A stretch of DNA of 64,000 bases, from contig BQFW01000009.1 in the NCBI GenBank assembly GCA_020891255.1, positions 248,001 to 312,000 of the forward strand. The letters are read 5' to 3'. This document shows positions 49,740 through 60,866 of this stretch, piece after piece (within the stretch, counting starts at the first letter, position 1; every line of letters begins with the position of its first letter). The position numbers and the translations under genes are program-made. The stretch is from Entomortierella parvispora E1425 (Eukaryota > Fungi > Mortierellomycota). The notes below the pieces were generated by a model. It saw nothing but the letters and a program-made list of their open reading frames with translations. It made no database searches and was not told the origin of the DNA.

Positions 49740-52700
49740 TGCAATAGGAGTATCGAGGGTGGAGTGGAGACAAGAAGTGAGTTTTATTATATTGCAAGTT
49801 TCTAGCTTTTGTAGGTACACATCGCGTGATGTCACCGTATTCCTGTTACACCTTCCCCTTTTAAAAAATGATACCGTGCTGCTCTTTGAAGGTTGTGACC
49901 AAGTCCATGCAGTTGTCCAAGTTGCTTACTGGGAGCCATTCGTCAGCTTCTCTGCCGTAGGCTTTGAATGACACTAGGAACTGGTGTTGTCTGCGGTAGA
50001 AGCGGTACTTTAAAATTTCGTCCACTTCATACTCCTCTTCGCCGTCAATTACAGTGGGATCCACGGGGGCAGGAGCTCGAATGCCGAGTGACTCCGGGGA
50101 CGGCAAGTAGGGTCGAAAGGTATCAACGTGGAAGACGTCATGGATTTTGTAGAATGGTGGCAGCTCGACGCGGAAGGTGACAGGTGAGTGTTGCTCCAAA
50201 AGTGTGAACGGGCCAAGGAATTGAGGTCGAAGTTTATCGGCTGGTCTGATACTGTCGGCAGGGATGGTGATATTGGTGGCACGCAGCAGGACCTTATCGC
50301 CAACCTTGTACTTGTGATCCCGTCGTCGCTTGTCTGCCTGTTGCTCCTGATGATCCTGAGCACGCTGCAGAGCATCCTGGGCCAGGGCAAGGGTGGTCGC
50401 CTGTTCAGTCAGGAAGGTATCAACAGTGGGGACTGAGCTGTTGGGTTTACCGAGGAGAGCGGTGGGGAGACGAGGGTGCTGGCCAGAGTTGAGGAAGAAC
50501 GGCGAGTATCCCGTGGATGCATTGACAGCGTTGTTATAGGCGAATTCCAGTGACGGAAGGAGCTGGTCCCAGTTAGACTGCTTGTTGTCAATAAACGCTC
50601 TCAACATAGTCTTCAGCGTCTTGTTCATAACCTCTGTCTGCCCATCCGTCTGTGGGTGGTAGGCGGTTGACAGTGCAAGTTTGACATCCATTAGCCTGTG
50701 CAACTCTTGCCAGAATCTACTAGTGAATCGAGTGTCGCGGTCCGAGATGATGGATGTTGGTTTGCCATGCAGCTTGAAGATGTTGTCAAAAAACTGGTGG
50801 GCGACGTCGACGGCGTGGCAGAGGTAGTACTGGGGACGAAGTGAGCTTGCTTGGTGAGCTTGTCGACAAACACTGTGATGGCGTCAAAATTTCTAGCTGT
50901 GGGCGGAAGAGGGCCGATGAAGTCCATGGTGACTACCTCCCAACGTTGCGAAGGAATGGGTAGCGGTTGCAAGAGTCCAGCTGGTCGATCCTGGGAGTCC
51001 TTGTTCCTTTGACACTTCTCGCAGGTTGCTACATACTGCTGGGTATCCTTGGCGATGTGGGGCCAATATACGAAACGGCGCAGGTTGTCGTAAGTCTTCT
51101 GAAAACCAAAGTGTCCAGCAGTGGCAGAGTCGTGAGCATCGTGCAAGAGAGTGAGGCGGATCGGGGAGTTCCGAGGGATGGCCAGGGTGGTTGCTCCACG
51201 TCGGGTAAAGTAGAGGAGGTTGTTCTGGAATGAATATCCATTGGCAACCTTCCCATCCAGGCAATCCTTGTAGATGGGTCCAAGTCGAGGATCGTCGTTG
51301 TAGTCCTGGACAAGCTGGTCACGGACGTCCGGGGATAGGGAGACACTGAGGTTGTATAGCTCAACAGGGTCAGGCTCGCGGTAGTCCGGTCGTCGGGAGA
51401 GAGCGTCTGGGACGATGTTGTCAACTCCTCGCTTGTACTTAAAGTCAAAGTCGTATTCCTGAAGCAACTCCATCCAGCGAGCCTGTCGACGAGTGAGTTT
51501 GGGCTGTGTGGGGAAGTGGCGGAGGGTGGCGTGGTCGGTGTGGACGCTGAACTTGGTTCCATCGAGGTAGTAGCGCCAAGTGCGGAGCGCATGGATGACA
51601 GCCAACAGTTCCTGCTCATGGACAGGGTAGTTCCGCTCTGCTGACTGCATTTTCCTGGAAGTGAATGCGATGGGATGGGTATTCCCTTCCCGGTCAGTCT
51701 GCAGCAGCACTGCACCGATGGCGAAACCGGATGCATCTGTTTCGACAAAGGTGAGAGATCGGGGTCGAAGATGCGGAGGACGGGGGCGGAGCAGATGGCG
51801 CGTTTGAGCTGAAGGAATGCAGATTGTTGTTCGTCGGTCCATTTGAAGGGAGTGTTGTTGGCGAGGAGGGAAGAGAGAGGGAGGGCAATCCCTGCAAAGC
51901 CCGATACGTACTGTTGATAAAATTGCGCAAGCCCCAAAAATTGCTGGACGTCCTTTGTGCTCTTGGGGGTGGGCCAGTCACTGATGGCTTTGCTGAGCCC
52001 GGCCGATGTTTTGATCCCGTCCTTCGTGATGGTGTGGCCCAAAAATTCAGTTTCGTCTTGCATGAAGGAGCACTTGCTCAATTTCGCGTACAGACCGTTC
52101 TTGCGGAGGAGAGCCAGGACGCTTCGGAGATGCTGCAGGTGTTCTTTCTTTGTCTTGGAGTAGATCAACAGATCGTCGAGATACACGACAACCCATTTGT
52201 CCAAGACTGGATCGAGCACTCGCAACATCATATTGGAGAACGAAGCAGGAGCGTTAGTAAGGCCAAAGGGAACAACATTGAACTCAAAGTGACCATAGCG
52301 ACAACGGAAGGCAGTCTTGTGTGTGTGTGGTTCAAAGATACGCTGCTGATGATAACCGGATAACAAGTCCAACTTGGAGTAATAGCGTGCTCCACGGAAG
52401 CGGTCAAGTAGCTCGTCGATACGGGGCAGCGGGTGTCTGTTCTTCCTGGTGATCTTGTTGAGGCCACGGTAGTCGACGCACATTCGGAGTGTGCCGTCCT
52501 TCTTCCGCACAAAGAGCACGGGGGCGCCATAGGGAGAGGTACTGGGTTTGATAAAACCTGCTGCTAGCAATTGGTCCAGTTGTTTGCGAAGTTCGTCAAG
52601 CTCGGCGATTGAAAGTCTAATGACAGGGCGGAAGGGTGGGTCGGCTGTCGGGTCGGTCTCGATCTTCATAGCATCACCACGGTCTGGGGGCAGGCCGTCC

Positions 52701-54801
52701 GGGAGTTTCTCCGGAAAGACATCAGCGAACTCTTCCATGACAATGGACCGCACCTCTGGGGTCATATCGGGAATTGTACGCGGTTGGTCAGTTTCTTCAG
52801 AGGGCTCTGGGGTGTTGCGAATAAGGGCCAGGAACACCTCCGAGCCGGGCAGGGTTGCCATGGAATGAAAGTGCATGTGTGTGAGGAGGAGTCCTTTGGT
52901 GCGGCTTTGGATGTGATCGGCCTTGAAGCCGCGGCAGCTCCATTTGACATCGATTCCATTGTGTGTGAAATGAAGATCATTGGTGCGCCAATTGATGCAA
53001 GGGTTAACTTTGGTGAGCCAGGGTTTGCCAAGGATGAGGTCGTATTTGTTGAGAGGATAGAGAATAGGGTTGAGCGAATCGGAGTAGTCGCTGCGGTTGA
53101 GGGTGATGGGGACGGTGGGTGATGTGAGGGAGGAAGAGCCATTGGGGAGGAGGATGGGGATGGGCAAGCATTCAGTGCCGAGGAGCTGGTGTCGCTTTTG
53201 AAAAGACGAACTGATAATATTACCTTCTGCACCACCATCAATCAGGATTCTGGCAGCGTGGCCATTGACAGAACCGATGAAAGTGAGCAGTTGGCTCTCT
53301 GCCTTTTGGACAGTGAATTCGTGTAGGCGAATCGCACGACGCTTCAACTTCTTCAACTGACTTTTAGACAGAGGTACGCTAGGTGCCGGCGGTACAGCGA
53401 GAGGGTCCGGTTCATCTGTATCGGAGGATCTAGGTAGAGGAGCGGACAGGGCAACTGGAGCGGGCGAGGCAACAGGTTTTTTGGTTTGGTTTTGGTTTCG
53501 GTCCGATAGAACAACCAGAGCATCGTGGATGTGAGTTCGCCTGTCATGATTGGAGTCATGTTTCTGAGGTGTAGAATCAAGTGAAGTTTTATTTGAGGTA
53601 CTTAGCTCAGGGTTGTTGGCTACAGTTTCGACAACTGGGGTCCGGACCGACCCTAGTTGCCGGAGGCTTTTCCCGAATCAGGGGATTCACCCGCGGTTAC
53701 TTGATTAATTCCTCGGCTGCCGTTGCCGTACTTAGGGCAATTGGGACTGATGTGACCCAATTCGCGGCAGCGAAAGCAGCCACCGTTACGTACAAGGTAC
53801 TCTCGGTCGGCGGCGGTCAGGGGTGCGGGGCGATCTCAAGAAGGGTTGTTAGTACCGTTGGTGGGGCGGCTCTGTAAGGAGCGGTGAAGGTGCCGAGTTG
53901 CTTGTGGATATTGTTGAGTTGGATATGAATATTGTCCACTTCCATTGCGTTGGGGTCGGTGATACCAGCAGAGGATCCCGAGGCAGCCAGTGCTTTGGCA
54001 ACGAGTGATGGGTCTCCAGTGTGGAAGATACGACCGAACTCCTCCGCGGCCTTGAAGAGTCTGGGCAGATCTATGGTGTCGTTGCCTGCATTAACAATGG
54101 CCACTTCCAGCATCTGGCGAAGCTGAGTAGGTGCACCACTGAGAAAGGCAGTACGGATAGTATCGTTGAGAACAGTGTTGTCGGCGTAGTAAGACTGGAG
54201 GAGCAGGTGGTATTCACGGGCTTTGGTAATATAGGCCATGACGTTGGAGATGTTCAGTGGTAGTGTCATTTTCATTTGCATTGTGAGGGCGAGAATGTGC
54301 TCCTTAAACTTCGCAGGGCTGAACTCGGCGGCAAGGAGCTCGCTGAAATCCGGGAATGAGGTGTCGGATGGCTTGTTTAAGAGTGCCCACCAGCCGATAA
54401 CCTCATCGCCGGCAAAGGCAAGGGTAACCCCGACCTTGCGAGATTCGGCAATTCCAGCGCCATCGAAGAAAAAGGTCATGCGTTTCAGAAAACCGAGAAC
54501 AGAGAATCCGTCGCGCTTGCCGTTGAACGGTGTTGGATGAGGGAATTTGAATGACGGTGTCGCGGAGTCCATGTTGGGTGAATTGTCGAGGGAGAGTTGA
54601 TCGAAGAGGGATACGAGGGGGTCCAGGGTGTGAGTGTGTCGGAGGGTCAGTGGGTCAGTGAGGTCAGTGGATCGAAAACCTTTGCTACCATGCAATAGGA
54701 GTATCGAGGGTGGAGTGGAGACAAGAAGTGAGTTTTATTATATTGCAAGTTTCTAGCTTTTGTAGGTACACATCGCGTGATGTCACCGTATTCCTGTTAC
54801 A
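49740..54801 (-). mobile_element. Full-length Ty3/gypsy chromovirus B3
   Basis: Identical 111-bp LTRs at 49740-49850 and 54691-54801, TSD gaggg, PBS and PPT. Frameshifts in gag, at the RT/RNase H junction and in IN. Confidence 0.95.
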
Positions 54802-54935
54802 GAGGGTCTTGTCTGTGGTGGTGGAATCGGAGGGGTCGGGGATCAAGGCCAAGGGAAAAGCACGAAGATTGAATGGGGTATTATACTAAAGGTTGTAAAG
54901 TGTTGTTTGTGGTGGCAATGATGGCAGTGATTGTA

Positions 54936-55134
54936 GGGCATTCATGCAGAATGGTGGCAAAAACCACACAGCATGCTTTCTTTCCAAAAAAAAAAAAAAA
55001 AATCAGGGGAGGGCATTCACGCAGAACGGTGGCAAAAACCACACAACATGTTCCTTCCAGAAAAAATTAGGGGTCGGTCACACGGAGGTGGGAAGAGGGC
55101 GTTCATGCAGAACGGTGGCAAAAACCACATAACA
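54936..55134. repeat. Three-copy degenerate tandem repeat (about 38-bp core, 75-86 bp period)
   Basis: Core gggcRttcaYgcagaaYggtggcaaaaaccacaYaRcat at 54936, 55011 and 55097. Confidence 0.85.
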
Positions 55135-55510
55135 TTTTCGTTTGCCTTTGTTTGATCATCACAGAACACATACACATCACCCACTCATCTGCCCGATATC
55201 CCCTTTGCAGAAGCAGCAAGCTCGACGCCTTAATTCCGATTGCTGAGACTGTTACTTTCTAGTCACCCCTTTCTTTATTCCTTTGGATATCACAGACCCT
55301 GTTCTGCCGATCAAGCTTGCCTTCGTTCCAGTATTGAGCTTCCACCCGACCGAGATCTTTATTGATACTTGGTTCACACAGTTTAGACAGTGAGATCCTG
55401 CAACATCTATCCTCCCCCTCGCAAGCAATCTCCTTTCCCTTGATTACTTGTGACCAGCCCTTCTCTCCTTGAGTTACGACCGATCCCCAGCCCATTGTAG
55501 CAACACCACA
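55135..55510 (+). mobile_element. Truncated, diverged unit D4
   Basis: Aligns to the 3' three quarters of D1 and ends gcaacaccaca followed by ccgt. Confidence 0.85.
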
Positions 55511-55949
55511 CCGTGCGCGCCAGAACGACGAACGACGACGCAACGAACACTCGGAGCGTAGCTCACACAGCTCAGACGATCGACAAGACCGTTCCCACCG
55601 CGGATCGAGCCGCTTCGGGCCATATCAAGCTGACAATCGCCAGCGTAGAGATAACAGGGATAGCCACAACTCTCATGAGCGCAACTACAGTAAGGACCCT
55701 CTTCATATACTACGCTCTCGTAAAAATGTATGGCAAACATACCACGATCTTGATATCAACTTCAACGCACTCACTGTTGCGTCCTACTCATCTCAGACTA
55801 GAGACGTCGCCAGTGTCAGATAAAGAATTCAGAGAGTCTGTTCACTTCACAGATTCTGTCCTGGCACATGCGGGGAGGGAAAGTAGAATGTCACAAGACA
55901 TACCACAGGAACACATGACAATAAACGATGAACAATCGCACATGTTTGA
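55511..55949 (+). mobile_element. Fragment of a second copy of E (gag/PR linker) with an internal deletion
   Basis: Reverse complement of about 32710-33140 with substitutions. Confidence 0.85.
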
Positions 55950-56048
55950 GAAAAAAAAAACTGAAACTAAACAAAATAATAAATGCTATTGAAAATATAT
56001 CTCTACTCCGATTGATATGGATCGGGACTCCACATCTACTACACCACA
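55949..56048 (-). mobile_element. Terminal 100-bp fragment of unit A (A6), the right border of the nest
   Basis: Reverse complement of the first about 100 bp of A, ending tactacaccaca followed by gcgg. Confidence 0.88.
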
Positions 56049-56800
56049 GCGGTTACCTTAGAAGGACCGTACCCAAAGTTTTGCATGGTCATCTGAACCA
56101 AAAGCAAAATGGCCAAAGGTAAAATCCCGTGCCTTCGTCATGCATGTCTCTTCCCTGATCCTTGCTTCCACGCTCCTTTGGACTACATGTACAATACATG
56201 CATTCGACCTATGTTTGCGCTGATAGTGCGGTATCACATCCTTGGTCATGATGAATATAACCATGTCAGGTCGCCGTTTCCACCTGCCTTTGAAAAAAGG
56301 GTGTCTTCAGCGAGTTATGAGATGATTCGACATAGTTATCGGTGTCAATTGCTGGAACACCAATACCCTGTCCATAACAAAGCATTCATCGTTCAGGCTC
56401 CCCATCCTTGAAATAATTGTCTTCCATGAAACCCAAGAGGTCTGTTTGCTTCTTGTCCTTTGGGATGTCTAGATCGCTATGCTGTGTCCTAAATTCATCG
56501 ACCAGCACCACTGCTCTATCCATCTGTGGTTCATACATTATTGTCTTGAGCAAGACCAGTACCTATATGCAGGACGGGCAAAAAAATCAGCAGAGACAAC
56601 TTATGATTGCGTAGAATATCTAAGTTCCCCATATCTGTCCACAGAGATCAGCTCATTCAATAGCTCTTCTAGCTTGGAAAAGGCGCCCACGATTGGTTCC
56701 AAGGCGTCTGGCTGGTAGTTCAGCGCCATGACCATCACTAACTTGCTGAAGTAATCACAATCACCACGTCCAGCATGGACCAGAGCTATCATTTAGAAGG
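56049..56800 (-). pseudogene. Decayed MULE/Mutator-like transposase
   Basis: IDTDNYVESSHNSLKT resembles the T-N-N-x-x-E-S-x-H-N-x-L-K motif of MULE transposases and is followed by RRPDMVIFIMTKDVIPHY. Multiple stops and frameshifts. Confidence 0.6.
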
Positions 56801-57085
56801 GCATCGCTCTGAGAGGTAGGGACCAAAGTTGATAATTGAACAATTAGCGTTTGATGGAGTTTAGATGATTGGAAGAATCTTCATGTCATCAGGGGTCAAA
56901 AAGTGACTGCTAAAATGTAGGAGTGACTGTCTCTCAAGACTATTTTTTTTTTTTTTTTTTTTTTTTTTTGGCCAATGCCTCGGTCTGTTCTCTCATCGGT
57001 CAACCACTGCCATTGCAACTTCGTTCATCTCTAGAGTCAATCCCTCAGTCACCTAGTTTCCTCTCGCTTCAATCTCGGTTTACAC

Positions 57086-59048
57086 ATGGAGGACAAGCTA
57101 CAGGAAAAGTTTGCACTCGTGCAGCAGATGAAGAGGGTAACATAATGCATATTCTCCTTGTCTTCTCATTCATACCGTGACACTGAAGACACTGAAGCCT
57201 TTTATGATTTCATTGTTACTCACACTCTTTCTCCTTGTTCATTAGGAAAAGGAATTGAAGGAAGCCCGTGCAAAAGAGTCGCAGCCCTTCGACATCTTTT
57301 CTATTGCTGGAGTGAGCTTGCCAACAGGAAGCAGCAGCACCGGCGGTCTCAGCATGACCATCCGTCATGATGGGCAGTCTGTTGGAGGTCCCAGCATTGG
57401 CTCTGTAAAACGACCCCGCAGAGAAAGACCCACACAGGCGAGCGCCGAGGACGTTTCAGATTGCAGGACTAGTGTCGACAATTCCATGGACATGCCTGGA
57501 GCTGGGTCAAAGCCCAAGCTAAAACGGTCTTCCATGGCAGCTCGTGCTGAAGGCACATCGGGAATGGTAAGCTGTCTTGTTACTGAGTCGATCTTGTACC
57601 TTGGAGCTAAGTAAATATTTGCTAACCATCGCAATTTTTATCTTAGAGTACGTCAGCTGAGAGAATGCACGACTCAGTGTCGCTCAGTTCTGATAATGCA
57701 ATGACTGAACTAAATGGCAGTCCATCCACTGCTACCCCTCCAACACCAATCCCCTCGCCAAAAAATGGCATCGATCTGTCTTCTAGTAGACGCAATTCTG
57801 GCGAAAGTTCGCCAACAAAGATTCTCGCCAAAGATATGACCCACAACGTTCAGAGTAGATCCGGAAGTATTGACGAAAATGAAGAGATGGTAATCGACAT
57901 GTTCGGCCGTTCCGTGCCAAGGTCGAGACATCACTCATCTGACGAGGGTTCGGATTCAGATAACGAGGGAGCGTAAGTGAAAAAGCAACCTGTATCCATT
58001 GTGTTGAATCTCAGCATACTTGATGTATCTTTGCTGACAGCATTGCATGTTATGCCTTCAACGTGATAGTCACCCCAGAAGAAGACGCAGGACTCGACAC
58101 GAAGAAGATATGGATCGCTACAGACCTTCATACCAGCGCTCTGGTCGATGTAGTTCCAGATCACGATCACAATCACGGTCTTGCTCTCCTTCCCGACGCT
58201 ATCGTCGTTCGCGATCCCGATCCACCAGCCCGCATTATTCACATACTTGGGATAATGGAGGACGAAGACGGCGAGGGCCAAGAGATGGACGCGATCAGCA
58301 ATCAGGGGATGAGTTGACAGCAGTCAAGCACACCGCGGAGGGCTTGGACCCTTATGCTGCTGCCAGCCGATATCTGGATACCGCGTTCTACCCCACAAAG
58401 ATCTACGTTGGTAATCTCCCAAGCTCTATTTCCTTGACAAGTTTACGCACACTTTTTGCGCCATTTGGAGACATTGAAGATATGAATTTAGTTGAGGGCA
58501 AAGACTTCGGATTTATCACCTACCTTTCCCCATCTGGTGCACAGGAGGCTCTGGCAAAGATGAATGGTGTAATGCTGGATGGAACCTATATTCGAGTCAA
58601 TAGAGCCAAGATCCCGGAACGAAATCGTCGTGGTTTCGCTGGAGTAGCGTGGATGGACGAGGATGGTGAATTGGCCAGACTGGAAGAGGAACAGCACCAA
58701 CAGGCCGCCGTTATCACTGGCAGCTTTATGAGCGCTGCTGGCTCTTCAGAGTCTAGCTCGCCCCTACGCAGCGAGGAGCACTCTGGGCAATATTCTTCTG
58801 GAAGTGGAGGCATGGCAATGGCTGGACATCACCATCGTTCTCACTCTACGATGCCATTAAGAGCCGATTCACCCTTCTCAGTGGTGTCACGCCCCGCTCA
58901 TCAGCTTCCATCTCGACCTCGCTCTCCTAAGCTCCCGCCAAAGCCTACTGGAGCAGCGTCGTTCCCTCCAGCGGGGGTGGATCCCCGAGCAGCCATGGCT
59001 GCTGGTGGTCGAGGAGGCCGACAAATTCTGAGATACGATGATCTGTGA
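57086..59048 (+). CDS. RRM-containing RNA-binding protein with an RS-rich region (4 exons)
   Basis: Exons 57086-57137, 57246-57566, 57647-57972 and 58070-59048 join in frame through GT-AG introns (GC|gtaagt at 57973 removes the apparent stop at 57976). RNP2 KIYVGNL, RNP1 KDFGFITY. Confidence 0.85.
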
Positions 59049-59111
59049 ATAAAAAATTGTATTTTTATTTTTTCTTTTGTTTTTCTCCTAACAGAAACTA
59101 GCCTTCCTACA

Positions 59112-60866
59112 ATGGACCCATCTCCTCTAGATCTAGCTGAGATACGCTCGTCCATTGCAGTCTTCCTCACCACAAATGATCTCCAGACATGCATCCGCGT
59201 ATGCCACAGCTGGCATGGTTCGTTCCTCCCACATCTTTGGGCCAGTGTCATCCTCGATCCTTTCATTCAAGGGAGATCCCCTCCTCTTGATTCCTTGATG
59301 GCGCATCTTCCCTACATTCGAAAGCTTTGTTTCTCAATCATCCATATGCCAGCTCTCCTTGATATGCAGTTTCCGAATCTTGTAAGTCTACAGTCGATTC
59401 AAAGCAAAATGGACACTACCGCCATGGTATACAAGCGCGAATCGTTCATTCAAAAGCATCGAGACACACTCAAGGAATTATCTTTAGTCCTGACGCATTC
59501 CAAGCACGAGACTGTCCCTCGATGGAAGGTTCTTGCCGGCTGCGAGAAGCTAGAGACGTTCAGAGTGATGTTTGGTAGGATCCGGCCAGAGGATTGGATA
59601 GCATGCTGGTCGGCTTGGAGAAGGTTGAAGTCTTTGGAGGTGAAGTTCGTCAGGTTTCAAAAGCCTGTTCGGGTGGCTGAGAATGACGCGAATTATGTCG
59701 GCGATAGCGCTCATGTTCCTGAGGAGGGTTCCCATATAACAAGCGGCAGTGATAGTCTAGATCATCAAAGCAATGGTGCCGATAACAGGAATACTCTTTC
59801 CCAAGAAATCATAGGCCCTATTGTTTGGGATTGGCCTGACTTTAGCAACCTTGTGCCAGCAATGCGTCTTCGGCACATTTGCTTAGTCAATCTCAACGGT
59901 CTTTCTGTCGCCGATCAACTCTCTATTATCCAGCAATGTCCTCGTATCGAAAGTCTCCAGTGGAATCTTTCCACGGCTCACGAACGTATACCGCTGTTAG
60001 ACATGGCCGAGTCTATGAGTCAAGAGGCTTGGCCACGCTTAGTGGATCTGGACCTTATGGGTGGTGTCTCCAGGGATGCCGAGGTTGCAAGCATGTTGGG
60101 AGCCATTGATCAAGGGTTGCATCGACTGTCTTTGGTTAATTCTGGATTTGCCAAGCTCTCGCTATGTGCCTTACTGCATCCTAGGACAAAGCATTTTGAC
60201 ATTATTGGAGGAAACCTGGCGGCTAGATCACCTCATGCCCAGTCCTTGGTGCAACTGGAGCTGGGGCTGTGTCGCTTTGTGACAAGTCCTATGGCTCAGA
60301 AGATTATGGAGAGCTGTCCAAACTTGAAAGTATTGAAGGTTGTACGGTTGGCGGACAGAGATATTCTGTATCGTTCCAACGACGACGACCAAGAGCAGTA
60401 CAGCCATCAGCAACCTGAACTATTGCAAGAGGCTGCACCTTGGGTCTGCATCAAACTGGAGAAACTAGAACTAGGTCGCATTGAAATGAAGGCCGATGCA
60501 CAGTCAGCGGGCCCGGTGTCTCCGAATAACCGCGCAATTCTAGACAAACTAGCTCAACTGACAAAGCTCCAGCACTTACGCCTGAGAGACTGCGACGAGT
60601 ATGGTGCTGCAACAGCGGATCCAGGTGGGACTTTGGTGCTTTCTCTGGATCATGGGCTTGAAAAGCTCACACATTTGAAAGATCTTATTACAGTGACGTT
60701 CGACGGACAGCAACAAGACATGGGCGAACAAGACTTGCGGTGGATGGCTAGAACTTGGCCGAAGTTGGCTAGTCTGGAGGGGGTAATCTCTGTCAACCCA
60801 GAGACAAAACGAGAGCTGGAGGGTTGGCTCGAGAGTCGAGGAGTGACATGGTATTCCGTCGAATAA
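59112..60866 (+). CDS. Intronless F-box-like / LRR-type protein of the kind expanded in Mortierellaceae
   Basis: N-terminal PLDLAEIRSSIAVFLTTNDLQTCIRVCHSWHGSFLPHLW, leucine-rich repeats-like spacing, C-terminal LSLDHGLEKLTHLKDL…WPKL. Confidence 0.8.
   Translation: MDPSPLDLAEIRSSIAVFLTTNDLQTCIRVCHSWHGSFLPHLWASVILDPFIQGRSPPLDSLMAHLPYIRKLCFSIIHMPALLDMQFPNLVSLQSIQSKMDTTAMVYKRESFIQKHRDTLKELSLVLTHSKHETVPRWKVLAGCEKLETFRVMFGRIRPEDWIACWSAWRRLKSLEVKFVRFQKPVRVAENDANYVGDSAHVPEEGSHITSGSDSLDHQSNGADNRNTLSQEIIGPIVWDWPDFSNLVPAMRLRHICLVNLNGLSVADQLSIIQQCPRIESLQWNLSTAHERIPLLDMAESMSQEAWPRLVDLDLMGGVSRDAEVASMLGAIDQGLHRLSLVNSGFAKLSLCALLHPRTKHFDIIGGNLAARSPHAQSLVQLELGLCRFVTSPMAQKIMESCPNLKVLKVVRLADRDILYRSNDDDQEQYSHQQPELLQEAAPWVCIKLEKLELGRIEMKADAQSAGPVSPNNRAILDKLAQLTKLQHLRLRDCDEYGAATADPGGTLVLSLDHGLEKLTHLKDLITVTFDGQQQDMGEQDLRWMARTWPKLASLEGVISVNPETKRELEGWLESRGVTWYSVE

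Larger units (their letters stand above)
47927..54930 (-). mobile_element. Degenerate second copy of F (gag, leader, partial LTR) interrupted by A5 and B3
   Basis: Segments 47927-48350, 49390-49739 and 54802-54930 align in order to F1 (19915-20990), with deletions including the PBS. Confidence 0.82.

Noticed and set aside
18876-56048. CRISPR-like or programmed repeat-spacer array formed by recurring A/D/B termini and TE fragments
   Set aside because: Matching TSDs and restored reading frames explain the pattern as ordinary nested insertion.
57665-57976. Separate small gene ending at TAA 57976
   Set aside because: The stop lies inside a gtaagt donor, and splicing to 58070 joins in frame to the RRM exon.
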